Origin: a virus
Reading direction: 5' to 3' (one strand)
Length of the DNA: 64,000 bases
IMG/VR virus record: IMGVR_UViG_3300050506_000187
Span: 1-64,000 of that record
The position numbers and the translations under genes are program-made. The notes below the pieces were generated by a model. The model worked only from the letters and a program-made list of their open reading frames with translations. It searched no databases and had not been told where the DNA came from. Below, one piece after another: positions 26,118 to 33,608 of this stretch; positions within the stretch are counted from its first letter, which is position 1; every line of letters begins with the position of its first letter.

Positions 26118-27046
26118 AAAAATTAGCTGGTGTTACTCTCGGATTTTTGTTGCTATTCGGACCGTCTCTCCTCGTCGGCGCGTTGCGATTGCGCGAATCG
26201 ATTCCCGATACAAAACCCAAAGAAAATATTATCACCCGGGCACAGGAATCAACGGTCCGGGTCCAAGCACCGGATGGAACCGGCTCCGGGTTCGTGATTG
26301 CGCGTAAAGACGTTCGCACTCATCAGTCGCGATATTTTGTTTGGACGGCGCGCCACGTAACTCAGCCGAACTTTCCTGACCTGAAGGTTGAGAAAATTAT
26401 CCGGTGGAATCAGACTAACCGGGTTACGTATACCTATGCGGCGCATACTCTCGTCCGGCTCGCTGATACGGATGCCGCGCTGCTCGCCGTCGACGCGCCG
26501 CCCGGCGCATTTGCGGGAGTTGACGTTTATACGTCAGAAATTTCTGTCGGGGATTCGATCTTCGTTATCGGAAGTCCACTCGGGGATTTCGACGGTTCCG
26601 TCTCGGTCGGGATTCTGTCTCAACGGGATTCTCATCCGACGCACGTCGAAGGATGGCCGTGGGCTCTCGTCGATCAAACGGACGCGCGAGTACTGCCGGG
26701 CAGTTCCGGCGGTCCGGTTTTTGAACGGTCAGGAAAAGTGGTCGGAATCATCGTCGGCGGTCCGAACCAAGGTATGCTGGGCATTTCGCATTTCGTTCCG
26801 CTGCGCGCAATTCGTTCGGACTCGGTGTATTCCGGTATTCAATGGGCGTTATATGGAAATCTTTGTCCAGACGATGCGGCGATTTCCGCCGCAATTATTG
26901 CCGTCGCGAAGATGGATGCGCTGCTTGAGGCTTCAGCCAAAAAGGCCGCAGAGGATAATCAACCAAAGGCCGAACCGGTGAAGCCGGGAACGGGTTCTGT
27001 GGTCAACCCACCGAGACCGGCGCACTGGTGGAATCGATCTCATTAA
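26114..27046 (+). CDS. secreted trypsin-like (S1) serine protease
   Basis: ATGA overlap with the fibre gene. Signal peptide MKKLAGVTLGFLLLFGPSLLVGA. Catalytic triad contexts TARHV, DTDAALLAV, PGSSGGPVF. Confidence 0.75.
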   Translation: MKKLAGVTLGFLLLFGPSLLVGALRLRESIPDTKPKENIITRAQESTVRVQAPDGTGSGFVIARKDVRTHQSRYFVWTARHVTQPNFPDLKVEKIIRWNQTNRVTYTYAAHTLVRLADTDAALLAVDAPPGAFAGVDVYTSEISVGDSIFVIGSPLGDFDGSVSVGILSQRDSHPTHVEGWPWALVDQTDARVLPGSSGGPVFERSGKVVGIIVGGPNQGMLGISHFVPLRAIRSDSVYSGIQWALYGNLCPDDAAISAAIIAVAKMDALLEASAKKAAEDNQPKAEPVKPGTGSVVNPPRPAHWWNRSH

Positions 27047-27237
27047 AATTTCCGGTTGTTGCGCCAGAGCAGGTAAGCTTTTTTCTTCCAGCAGTTGCAT
27101 TCCGACTCATCTACTGGGGGAGTATATTTCGGATGTCGATTCGGCAAACACGATTTTGATTTTTGAAATTTGCAATCCGGATGGTGAGAACCAAATCGGA
27201 TTGCATCGCTTAGAACGAAATTCAGTTCAGCATTCAT
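27043..27237 (-). CDS. hypothetical Cys/His-rich small protein
   Basis: 64-aa ORF, convergent with the protease gene. Confidence 0.45.
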   Translation of the reverse strand: MNAELNFVLSDAIRFGSHHPDCKFQKSKSCLPNRHPKYTPPVDESECNCWKKKAYLLWRNNRKF

Positions 27238-27545
27238 GGGATTCTCAACGATTGTAACGCCGCGATGTGCGTATCGATGGCGAGATTGAGCGTAGTCTTG
27301 GCTTCGACTTCAGTTCGGAATACGCGCTCCGGGGGCCACGACATCGAAAATTCGTATTCGGCTTTGCGGCACGTAATAAAAGTTTCTCCATTCTTCATCG
27401 ATACTCCTTCGAATATACGTTGCTGAACGCTCGCGCTCGGGGTTCGATCCGTGCTCTTTCCATTCGGATTGAAAAAATAAATCCAAACCTTCGTCCCGAT
27501 TTTCGGAAGTTTTTTAATGTCAATCATGGACTCAATATAGCACAT
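27234..27545 (-). CDS. hypothetical protein
   Basis: ATG at 27545; the ORF extends to a TTG at 27554. Confidence 0.5.
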   Translation of the reverse strand: MCYIESMIDIKKLPKIGTKVWIYFFNPNGKSTDRTPSASVQQRIFEGVSMKNGETFITCRKAEYEFSMSWPPERVFRTEVEAKTTLNLAIDTHIAALQSLRIP

Positions 27546-27564
27546 CGGTTCCAACTGTCAAGTG

Positions 27565-27580
27565 CCTGACTTTAAAATGT
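27565..27580 (+). promoter_or_regulatory. rightward start-proximal motif, variant instance 3 (CCTGACTTTAAAATGT)
   Basis: Followed by an ATG at 27581. Confidence 0.35.
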
Positions 27581-27802
27581 ATGGCTACATTATCAGCAGC
27601 GAATAGCAAAGAGATTCAGGCAGTCATTGACTACATCGTGAAGTCGAACGCCCCGCAGCTTCCTTTCGACGCAACCGCAATCGAGCGACTCGCGCGGGTT
27701 GCCGCGTCGGTCGGTTTTGAGGGCGCAGGCAACTTCAAAGAGGATGCCAAAAATAGTCCAATCACGACCCTGCTTGCTCTTGCGAAGTTTTTGGGGACTT
27801 AA
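27581..27802 (+). CDS. hypothetical protein
   Basis: 73-aa ORF. Confidence 0.5.
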   Translation: MATLSAANSKEIQAVIDYIVKSNAPQLPFDATAIERLARVAASVGFEGAGNFKEDAKNSPITTLLALAKFLGT

Positions 27803-27836
27803 TAGTCTTCATTAGGACAACTTAAATAGTTTTCGT

Positions 27837-27865
27837 CCGCCGGAAAGTGTTAGACTTTTCGGCGG
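27837..27865 (+). terminator. strong hairpin (11-bp stem, 7-nt loop), terminator-like
   Basis: CCGCCGGAAAG-tgttaga-CTTTTCGGCGG followed by ATTGTGTT. The U-tract is imperfect. Confidence 0.45.
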
Positions 27866-27884
27866 ATTGTGTTATGGTGATAGC

Positions 27885-28014
27885 GGTCGGGTGCCGGAAT
27901 CGGAAAAGACGGAGAATTCATCGGTCGCCGAATGCTGAACGTTTATGCGCCGGTTGTGCAATGCCGTAAAGGCTGATGAAGGATGTGGTGGTTCGAACCC
28001 ACCCCCGACCACCA
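27885..28014 (+). ncRNA. tRNA-like element A (130 nt, oversized core, encoded CCA)
   Basis: Perfect 7-bp acceptor stem GGTCGGG/CCCGACC. Type-II-like D arm TGCCGGAATCGGAAAAGACGG. Canonical T arm GGTGG-TTCGAAC-CCACC, then A-CCA. There are 74 nt between the D and T arms, and I could not draw an anticodon arm. Confidence 0.3.
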
Positions 28015-28019
28015 ATTTT

Positions 28020-28559
28020 ATGAAGAAATTATTCACAATCCTCGGAATGTTTTTGTTGATGGCCAGCGCTTTGCGCGCCGCGCCCGCGTGCATCACTAAC
28101 GTAACGCTGTCTTTCTCCGGCGTAAAATTCGGAGTGCCCGCAGGCGACAACGGCGGATTCGTCACCAACGGTAATTCTCTCGTCGGCGTCGGGCTGTTAT
28201 CGCTCTGCACCCCTAGCGGATGCGACGGTCCGGAAATCATCATCGTCCCGAAGGAGCCCCGCTCTCCGAACGATCCGGATATTCAGTGCGCGAATCATTC
28301 AACGCAAATCGGTGTGCTGACGTGGAAATGTGATCCTTCGTGTGACCCATCCGGCGACACGCACGTTGCCAGCATTATTTTTCCGCCCAACGCCCTCAGT
28401 CTCTCTTTTCATATCTGCATTAATCCGGACAGCAATTGCGGGCTGTATCTCGGATGCTTTACCGCCGTCGCGTGCTCCGCGCCTCCGCCGGAATCATGTC
28501 GAATTGAAGAACGATTTCGTATCGAGAGTTACCCGCGCAATCTTATCGCTGCACGATAA
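28020..28559 (+). CDS. secreted Cys-rich protein
   Basis: ATG at 28020. Signal peptide MKKLFTILGMFLLMASALRAAPA. Many cysteines. Confidence 0.6.
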   Translation: MKKLFTILGMFLLMASALRAAPACITNVTLSFSGVKFGVPAGDNGGFVTNGNSLVGVGLLSLCTPSGCDGPEIIIVPKEPRSPNDPDIQCANHSTQIGVLTWKCDPSCDPSGDTHVASIIFPPNALSLSFHICINPDSNCGLYLGCFTAVACSAPPPESCRIEERFRIESYPRNLIAAR

Positions 28560-28560
28560 C

Positions 28561-28917
28561 ATGCAAAAACTTTGTATACTCATCGCGCTCATGGCCATAC
28601 TCTCCTCAAATGCCGACCAGCCGATTACGGAGGAAGAAGCGATTCCGGTTCTCGCGAATTTATTTTCGTATGCAGACCTTGAGTGGGACCCATCTCCGGA
28701 CGAGTCCGTAATCGGATATAAAATTTATTTCGGGCATGAATCCGGGCGGTATACCTCCGTCGTCGATGTTGGCAACGTTAAGCAAGCGCGAATCGATCTC
28801 GGAGAACTATCGAATAATCGCACTTGGTTCATCGCTGCGACATCATACGATGATGCGGGCCTTGAGTCCGACTTCAGCAACGAAGTCAAGGTTGAAGAAG
28901 CGCGAGGCCCGCAATGA
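28561..28917 (+). CDS. secreted fibronectin type III-like domain protein
   Basis: Signal peptide MQKLCILIALMAILSS. LEWDPSPDESVIGYKIYFG...WFIAATSYDDAGLESDFSNEV. Confidence 0.65.
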   Translation: MQKLCILIALMAILSSNADQPITEEEAIPVLANLFSYADLEWDPSPDESVIGYKIYFGHESGRYTSVVDVGNVKQARIDLGELSNNRTWFIAATSYDDAGLESDFSNEVKVEEARGPQ

Positions 28918-29072
28918 AAGAATTTTTCGGCGCACTCGGTTTGATCTTCATACTACTGGCGCAAGTCCTGCTCGGATTGCTGGCGACTTATTTTTTCGCG
29001 GTGTTCGCAATCCTCGTTGGCGGCGCAATTCGGGATTTGCTGAGCCATAAAAAACATGACTCTGATTGTTGA
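28914..29072 (+). CDS. 52-aa membrane peptide
   Basis: Below the ORF-track cutoff. ATGA overlap. MKEFFGALGLIFILLAQVLLGLLATYFFAVFAILVGG... Confidence 0.4.
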   Translation: MKEFFGALGLIFILLAQVLLGLLATYFFAVFAILVGGAIRDLLSHKKHDSDC

Positions 29073-29103
29073 CAAATTAACGCCGATGTGTTAGGATTCT
29101 GGT

Positions 29104-29319
29104 ATGAAGAAAAAATTGAAACTTTACGTATGGACGGAGTTCAAAGTTGATTATACGCCCGGCCTTGCGTTTGCCATCGCCGATTCGGAAGACGAAGCGA
29201 AGAAAATGCTTGAGAAAAAAGGTGTCCGTGTTTTTGGGGGTAACTACAGTTGTTGGGGTGATCTTACGGTGCATCCACTCACTAAAAAAATCGCTGAGTT
29301 TGTTTACGGAGGCGGGTAG
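29104..29319 (+). CDS. hypothetical protein
   Basis: 71-aa ORF. Confidence 0.5.
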   Translation: MKKKLKLYVWTEFKVDYTPGLAFAIADSEDEAKKMLEKKGVRVFGGNYSCWGDLTVHPLTKKIAEFVYGGG

Positions 29320-29322
29320 CCC

Positions 29323-30180
29323 ATGAATGTGTTTTCGTATCTCCGAGTTTCCGGTCTTGGCCAAGTGGACAAGGACGGTCCAGTTCGTCAACGGTTGAGT
29401 ATCAAAGCTTTCGCAGACCGATTTAATTTGATCATCCTGCAAGAGTTTTTTGATGAGGGAGTATCCGGAACGGTCGAGTGTATGGAGAGACCCGGGTTCG
29501 CTGATATGATTACGAAGGTAATCATTTCCCAGAATACTCCGTTCCCGGTTGAGGCAATCGTCGTCGAATGCATGGACCGGCTCGCGCGCGATTTGATGAT
29601 TTCCGAAATGCTGCTGAAGACGTGTCGCGATAATCAAGTTAAAGTATTCTGTTCGGTCGACAGTGGGCTCGTGGATGTGGCCTCGGAAGCAGATCAAAAC
29701 CGAACCATGCTCAGACAAATTTTGGCAATCGTCGCGCAGTGGGACAAAACGAATACCGTGAAAAAATTACTAAGTGCGCGTTTGCGGGCGCGCGCCGAAG
29801 GTCGTCGTTGCGAAGGCAGCAAACCGTATGGACATTTTCCCTCTGAGCAAATAGTGTTGGCGCGGATGAAAACGTTGCATCGCGAGATGTCGCTCTCAGA
29901 GTTAGCGTTTACACTCAACACGGAAGGATTTAGAAATCGGGCTGGTCGTCAGTGGACGAAAGCGTCAGTGTATTCAATATTAACCGGTCAGTCATTGGCT
30001 GCAACCAGAAAAGAAAGAAAAAACAATGCGAGGCGCATACATGCAATATCTCAGGGCGAAGGGCTCACCCCCGGCGCTGAAATCTGCGGACCCGGTGGAA
30101 CAAGCGCATGCGTTGCGCAAGGAGCAAGCGGAATTGCGCAGAGCGCGAATCCTCAATCGGGCAGAGCCGTCAATGCGTAA
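29323..30180 (+). CDS. serine recombinase (resolvase/invertase catalytic domain plus recombinase-domain segment)
   Basis: FSYLRVSGLGQ, MDRLARD, LNTEGFRNRAGRQWTKASVYSIL. Confidence 0.8.
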   Translation: MNVFSYLRVSGLGQVDKDGPVRQRLSIKAFADRFNLIILQEFFDEGVSGTVECMERPGFADMITKVIISQNTPFPVEAIVVECMDRLARDLMISEMLLKTCRDNQVKVFCSVDSGLVDVASEADQNRTMLRQILAIVAQWDKTNTVKKLLSARLRARAEGRRCEGSKPYGHFPSEQIVLARMKTLHREMSLSELAFTLNTEGFRNRAGRQWTKASVYSILTGQSLAATRKERKNNARRIHAISQGEGLTPGAEICGPGGTSACVAQGASGIAQSANPQSGRAVNA

Positions 30181-30198
30181 CGGAAAATAATTTTTTTA

Positions 30199-30289
30199 GT
30201 CGGGTTAGCTCAAAGGTAGAGCCCCGCGCCGTAGTAGGCTTTTCACCGAAACGGGGCGGAGGTTGATGGTTCGAGTCCTTCACCCGACT
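30199..30289 (+). ncRNA. tRNA-like element 1 (91 nt, no drawable anticodon arm)
   Basis: Acceptor stem GTCGGGT/ACCCGAC (perfect). D arm GCTC-AAAGGTA-GAGC. T arm GATGG-TTCGAGT-CCTTC. The 42-nt central segment has no 5-bp/7-nt stem-loop. Confidence 0.35.
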
Positions 30290-30298
30290 TCTTCTATT

Positions 30299-30373
30299 TG
30301 CAGGGTGGCGCAGTGGCAGCGCGGCGCGCTCATAACGCGCAAGTCGTCGGTTCGATTCCGGCCCCTGCACCCA
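30299..30373 (+). tRNA. tRNA with CAT anticodon (Met or Ile2), CCA encoded
   Basis: Hand-folded cloverleaf: TGCAGGG/CCCTGCA acceptor stem; GCGC-AGTGGCA-GCGC D arm; GCGCG-CTCATAA-CGCGC anticodon arm; AAGTC variable loop; GTCGG-TTCGATT-CCGGC T arm; then C-CCA. Confidence 0.85.
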
Positions 30374-30377
30374 ATTT

Positions 30378-30491
30378 GGCCGGTTAGCTCAATATATTCA
30401 GAGCACCGCCCTTAAGCGGGGTGTGAGATGTATACGATTTCACACTTGCGCAAGGGAGGGGACGGGGGTGAAAATCCTTCACTGACCGCCA
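30378..30491 (+). ncRNA. tRNA-like element 3 (114 nt, degenerate)
   Basis: Acceptor stem GGCCGGT/ACTGACC (1 mismatch, 1 GU) followed by G-CCA. D arm GCTC...GAGC. Possible arm CGCCC-TTAAGCG-GGGTG. A 7-bp hairpin insert GTGTGAG...TTCACAC. Non-canonical T loop TGAAAAT. Confidence 0.25.
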
Positions 30492-30517
30492 ATTTTCTAG
30501 TCCGGTTCTCTTTTTTC

Positions 30518-30533
30518 CCTGACTATTAGGGGA
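30518..30533 (+). promoter_or_regulatory. rightward start-proximal motif, instance 4 (CCTGACTATTAGGGGA)
   Basis: Followed immediately by a TTG at 30534. Confidence 0.45.
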
Positions 30534-30857
30534 TTGAAGATACTCACGACTTTTGTCCCGGAATCCGCCCCGATTCTCAAAACATGGGCTGCAAGCTGGC
30601 GGGGTCATGGCTGGACCCCCGGATTGCTGGCCCCCAAGGAGATTCAAAAACATCGCAAATTACGGGCTGCCGTCGCCGCCCGGCGCGGTCGTCTTTTTTG
30701 CAGTGCTTACCTAATCAATTTTGGTCTTCGCCGGGCTCCGCGTTCGCTCCGGACCTTCATTCGAAAATTCGGGTCCCCGGGGTGGGATACCGCAAAACTA
30801 GTCCTTTTTCCCGCCGGGACTACTTCAGAGCAGATCGAAAACTGTGGACATCGCTGA
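30534..30857 (+). CDS. hypothetical protein (small terminase candidate by position only)
   Basis: 107-aa ORF immediately upstream of, and overlapping, the large terminase gene. Confidence 0.45.
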   Translation: MKILTTFVPESAPILKTWAASWRGHGWTPGLLAPKEIQKHRKLRAAVAARRGRLFCSAYLINFGLRRAPRSLRTFIRKFGSPGWDTAKLVLFPAGTTSEQIENCGHR

Positions 30858-32784
30858 ACGAACAAAACTTTCGGCCATCGTCGCAAAGCACGTCCAATCC
30901 GCTGAACCGTGGATTGCCGCGCAAGCGATTTCTGACTTTGCGCAAATCAATGTCCGGTATACCCGCGATTCGCGGCCAGAAAAACTGAACGAGATTTTGC
31001 AGAGTTACTTACATGGACTATTGAATAATAACGGCATGTCGGAAGCCGCGAGTATACTTTGGACTCCGACGCAATTCACCGCTGGGCCCAATTCGGTTAA
31101 ATCGGTATGGGAACTTTTCGAGTCCTCATCTGCGGGTTTGATTATGGGAGCCGCTGCTCTCGGAAAATCTTTTTCGATGGGAGTCCGGCTTATGCTGGAA
31201 TGGATCAGAGACCCGGAGTATACGGGCATTCGCGTCATCGGCCCAAGCGAAGACCATCTTGAGCAAAATCTTTTTTCGCATCTCGTAAGTTTGCACGCAC
31301 AAGCGAGCCTACCCATGCCCGGAGAAGTCGGAGATTTATTCATCGGCACCAATCGTCGAAATCAAACGGCGGCGATTCGCGGCATCGTTGTTCCGAAGGG
31401 CAATAACAAAAAGGCAGGACGCCTGCAAGGCGGACACCGAAAGCCTCGCCCGAAACCCCATCCGATTTTCGGACCGCTGACGCGGATGTTTATTTTCATC
31501 GACGAAATCGAAAACGTTCCGGCAGGTATTTGGCACGATGTCGGCAACGTGCTCAGCGAAGTCGGTCCTGACGGAGGATTCAAAATTTTCGGCGCGTATA
31601 ACCCGACGAATCTAGGAGATGAAGTCGCAAAACAGGCGGAACCTCCTTTCGGATGGCCGAATGTTGACGTCAATATTCATTATAAATGGAAGTCTACTCG
31701 CGGATGGGATGTAATCCGTCTCGACGCCGAAAAATGTGAAAACGTAATCGCCGGAAAAGTGATATATCCCGGGCTGCAAACGCGCGAAGGGCTTGCGAAG
31801 ATTGCTCTGTCGTCCGGTGGAACGCAATCTGCGGGATATTACACCATGGGTCGGGGAATGTATCCGCAGCAGGGCATGCAAGCGACATTGATACCCTCCG
31901 GCATGCTGGAAAAAAGTCGCGCGAAATTTATTTGGTATGATGACAAGCAAGTTCGCGTAGGCGGATGCGATTTAGCGCTTGAAGGCGGGGACGATGCGGT
32001 ATATGCGTTAGGAAAATGGGGGCTCGCAACCGGTATTCAGTATCCGCCGACGCTTGAAAAACCGGATGGATTCAAGATCATGTTCAAAGATGAAAAGGGA
32101 CGAGTTCGGGCGCGGCACGGATTGCAAATCGAGAGCCTGATGATTATTCCGAAGGGCGATACCGTCGCAATCAAAGACCGTATCATCAAATTTAACAAGA
32201 ACGCAGGTGTCCGCCCAGAGTTTTTTGCGTGTGATCGAACCGGTGTAGGGGCCGGTGCTGCCGATTTGATACGCCATGAGTGGTCTCCTTCGATTCACGA
32301 CATAAATTATTCCTCCGGGGCCTCCGATTCTCGAATTATGTCGGAGCACAGCAAGACATGCGCCGACGAATATGATCGGCTTGCAACCGAAATTTGGTTC
32401 CGGCTCCGGTTCTGGCTTGAATTTGGGTTCGCGCTTTTCGATCCGGGCATGGATATGAGCAAGGTCGGACAGCAATTAACGCAACGACGGCAGCTTAGCT
32501 CCGGTTCGAAGGCCAAAATTGAGTCCAAACGGGATTACGAATCGCGCGGATTCGCGTCTCCGAATGAAGCGGACGCGATTACGCTGCTCGTTCACGCGGC
32601 ACATCGCGGTTCCGGCGTGACCCCAAGCATGGACGGCGGGTCTCAAATACCGGAAAACCCGTGGGAAGATGATTGGCCGCACTCGGGCATGCAGGGCGGA
32701 GTAAAAATTGATTTATCAAACCGTTCTGACTGGCTGGACGACCGCCCCGAATCAGCGGAGCCGGGAGAATTTGCGATTTTATGA
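30844..32784 (+). CDS. terL: terminase large subunit
   Basis: Walker A-like GAAALGKS, Walker B MFIFIDEIE, and a C-terminal nuclease-type GCDLALEGGDDAVYALG. Confidence 0.85.
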   Translation: MDIAERTKLSAIVAKHVQSAEPWIAAQAISDFAQINVRYTRDSRPEKLNEILQSYLHGLLNNNGMSEAASILWTPTQFTAGPNSVKSVWELFESSSAGLIMGAAALGKSFSMGVRLMLEWIRDPEYTGIRVIGPSEDHLEQNLFSHLVSLHAQASLPMPGEVGDLFIGTNRRNQTAAIRGIVVPKGNNKKAGRLQGGHRKPRPKPHPIFGPLTRMFIFIDEIENVPAGIWHDVGNVLSEVGPDGGFKIFGAYNPTNLGDEVAKQAEPPFGWPNVDVNIHYKWKSTRGWDVIRLDAEKCENVIAGKVIYPGLQTREGLAKIALSSGGTQSAGYYTMGRGMYPQQGMQATLIPSGMLEKSRAKFIWYDDKQVRVGGCDLALEGGDDAVYALGKWGLATGIQYPPTLEKPDGFKIMFKDEKGRVRARHGLQIESLMIIPKGDTVAIKDRIIKFNKNAGVRPEFFACDRTGVGAGAADLIRHEWSPSIHDINYSSGASDSRIMSEHSKTCADEYDRLATEIWFRLRFWLEFGFALFDPGMDMSKVGQQLTQRRQLSSGSKAKIESKRDYESRGFASPNEADAITLLVHAAHRGSGVTPSMDGGSQIPENPWEDDWPHSGMQGGVKIDLSNRSDWLDDRPESAEPGEFAIL

Positions 32785-33353
32785 AATCGATTAACCCAAA
32801 TTTGTATCCGCACGACGGAAGATTTTTCATCGATTCCGACGGCGCACGAATTTCCGGCGATACGTGGGCCGGAGTGATTCGCAGAGTTGAAGGATACCGC
32901 CGCCGACAGGGCCGACCGGTTGGCGACGTCGCCGCCGAAGTCACGGCTCAAGCGTGCCAGCGTAATCCGGTTATCTGCACCGAAGATAACGCAGCGTATA
33001 AACAGGAATTGCGAAAATCGTCGCTCAAATCTCGGGTGCTCGCGTGGTTTTCCGCGTTTATACACCAAGTGCAGAGTAGCCCGCCGACTTTTTCGTCGGA
33101 GAATGACGCACGCAACCGCGCAAACGTGTGCGCCGGGTGTCCACTCAATACCGCGCTGCCGGATGGATGCTCGTCATGCAAGGCGGCACTAAACGAAATG
33201 CGAAAATCGGTCATAGGAGGCCGTTTTCAAGACCAGAGAATCCATGCGTGCAACGCGCTTAGCGAAGATTTGAATACGGTCGTCTGGATTGAACAAACTA
33301 CGGTCGAAAATCCGGCACTTCCCGGACATTGTTGGCGAAAACGAACGGTATGA
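32781..33353 (+). CDS. hypothetical Cys-rich protein
   Basis: 190-aa ORF with an ATGA overlap to terL. Confidence 0.6.
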   Translation: MKSINPNLYPHDGRFFIDSDGARISGDTWAGVIRRVEGYRRRQGRPVGDVAAEVTAQACQRNPVICTEDNAAYKQELRKSSLKSRVLAWFSAFIHQVQSSPPTFSSENDARNRANVCAGCPLNTALPDGCSSCKAALNEMRKSVIGGRFQDQRIHACNALSEDLNTVVWIEQTTVENPALPGHCWRKRTV

Positions 33354-33589
33354 GCTTATTTTTTCGGATTTTTGTTTCGTGGTTCGTGTTACGGTGGGCA
33401 AAACTACGGGGATACCGAGTTTTGGCGAATTGTAACGAACAACTTGACCGTTTAGCATCGTGCGGGGTGTGCCCATTTTATAAAAATGGACTATGCGAGA
33501 TTTGTGGGTGTCTTGTCATAGCTAAAATCACTCTAACTACCGAAAAATGCCCTAAAAAAAGGTGGGGCCGGATATTCGAAAAGCGCTGA
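33350..33589 (+). CDS. small membrane-anchored Cys-rich protein
   Basis: ATGA overlap. CGVCPFYKNGLCEICGCLVIAKITLTTEKCPKKRW. Confidence 0.5.
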   Translation: MSLFFRIFVSWFVLRWAKLRGYRVLANCNEQLDRLASCGVCPFYKNGLCEICGCLVIAKITLTTEKCPKKRWGRIFEKR

Positions 33590-33600
33590 CTATTAGGGGA
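33586..33600 (+). promoter_or_regulatory. rightward start-proximal motif, instance 5 (CTGACTATTAGGGGA)
   Basis: 8 nt upstream of the portal ATG at 33609. Confidence 0.45.
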
Positions 33601-33608
33601 CCTAAAAA

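Noticed and set aside
27797-27810. Minus-strand GACTATTAAG resembling the rightward motif
   Set aside because: It lacks the leading T/CCT, overlaps the stop codon of 27581..27802, and has no downstream minus-strand start. It is treated as chance.
27885-28014. tmRNA or a simple attP copy of a host tRNA 3' end
   Set aside because: It is too short for a tmRNA. It is also not just a 3' fragment, because a perfectly complementary 5' acceptor strand and a D arm are present. It is kept as a tRNA-like element of unknown nature.
29323-30180. Calling the phage temperate on the basis of the recombinase
   Set aside because: The enzyme is much shorter than typical large serine integrases. No repressor/antirepressor pair or att site could be identified. 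Lifestyle is left undetermined.
30199-30491. Suppressor tRNAs or alternative genetic code
   Set aside because: All large genes, including the late ones, read through cleanly with the standard code. No CTA, TCA or TTA anticodon loop could be drawn.
30384-30653. 89-aa minus-strand ORF across the tRNA region
   Set aside because: It covers tRNA-like element 3 and the motif copy at 30518. It is most likely a chance open frame.
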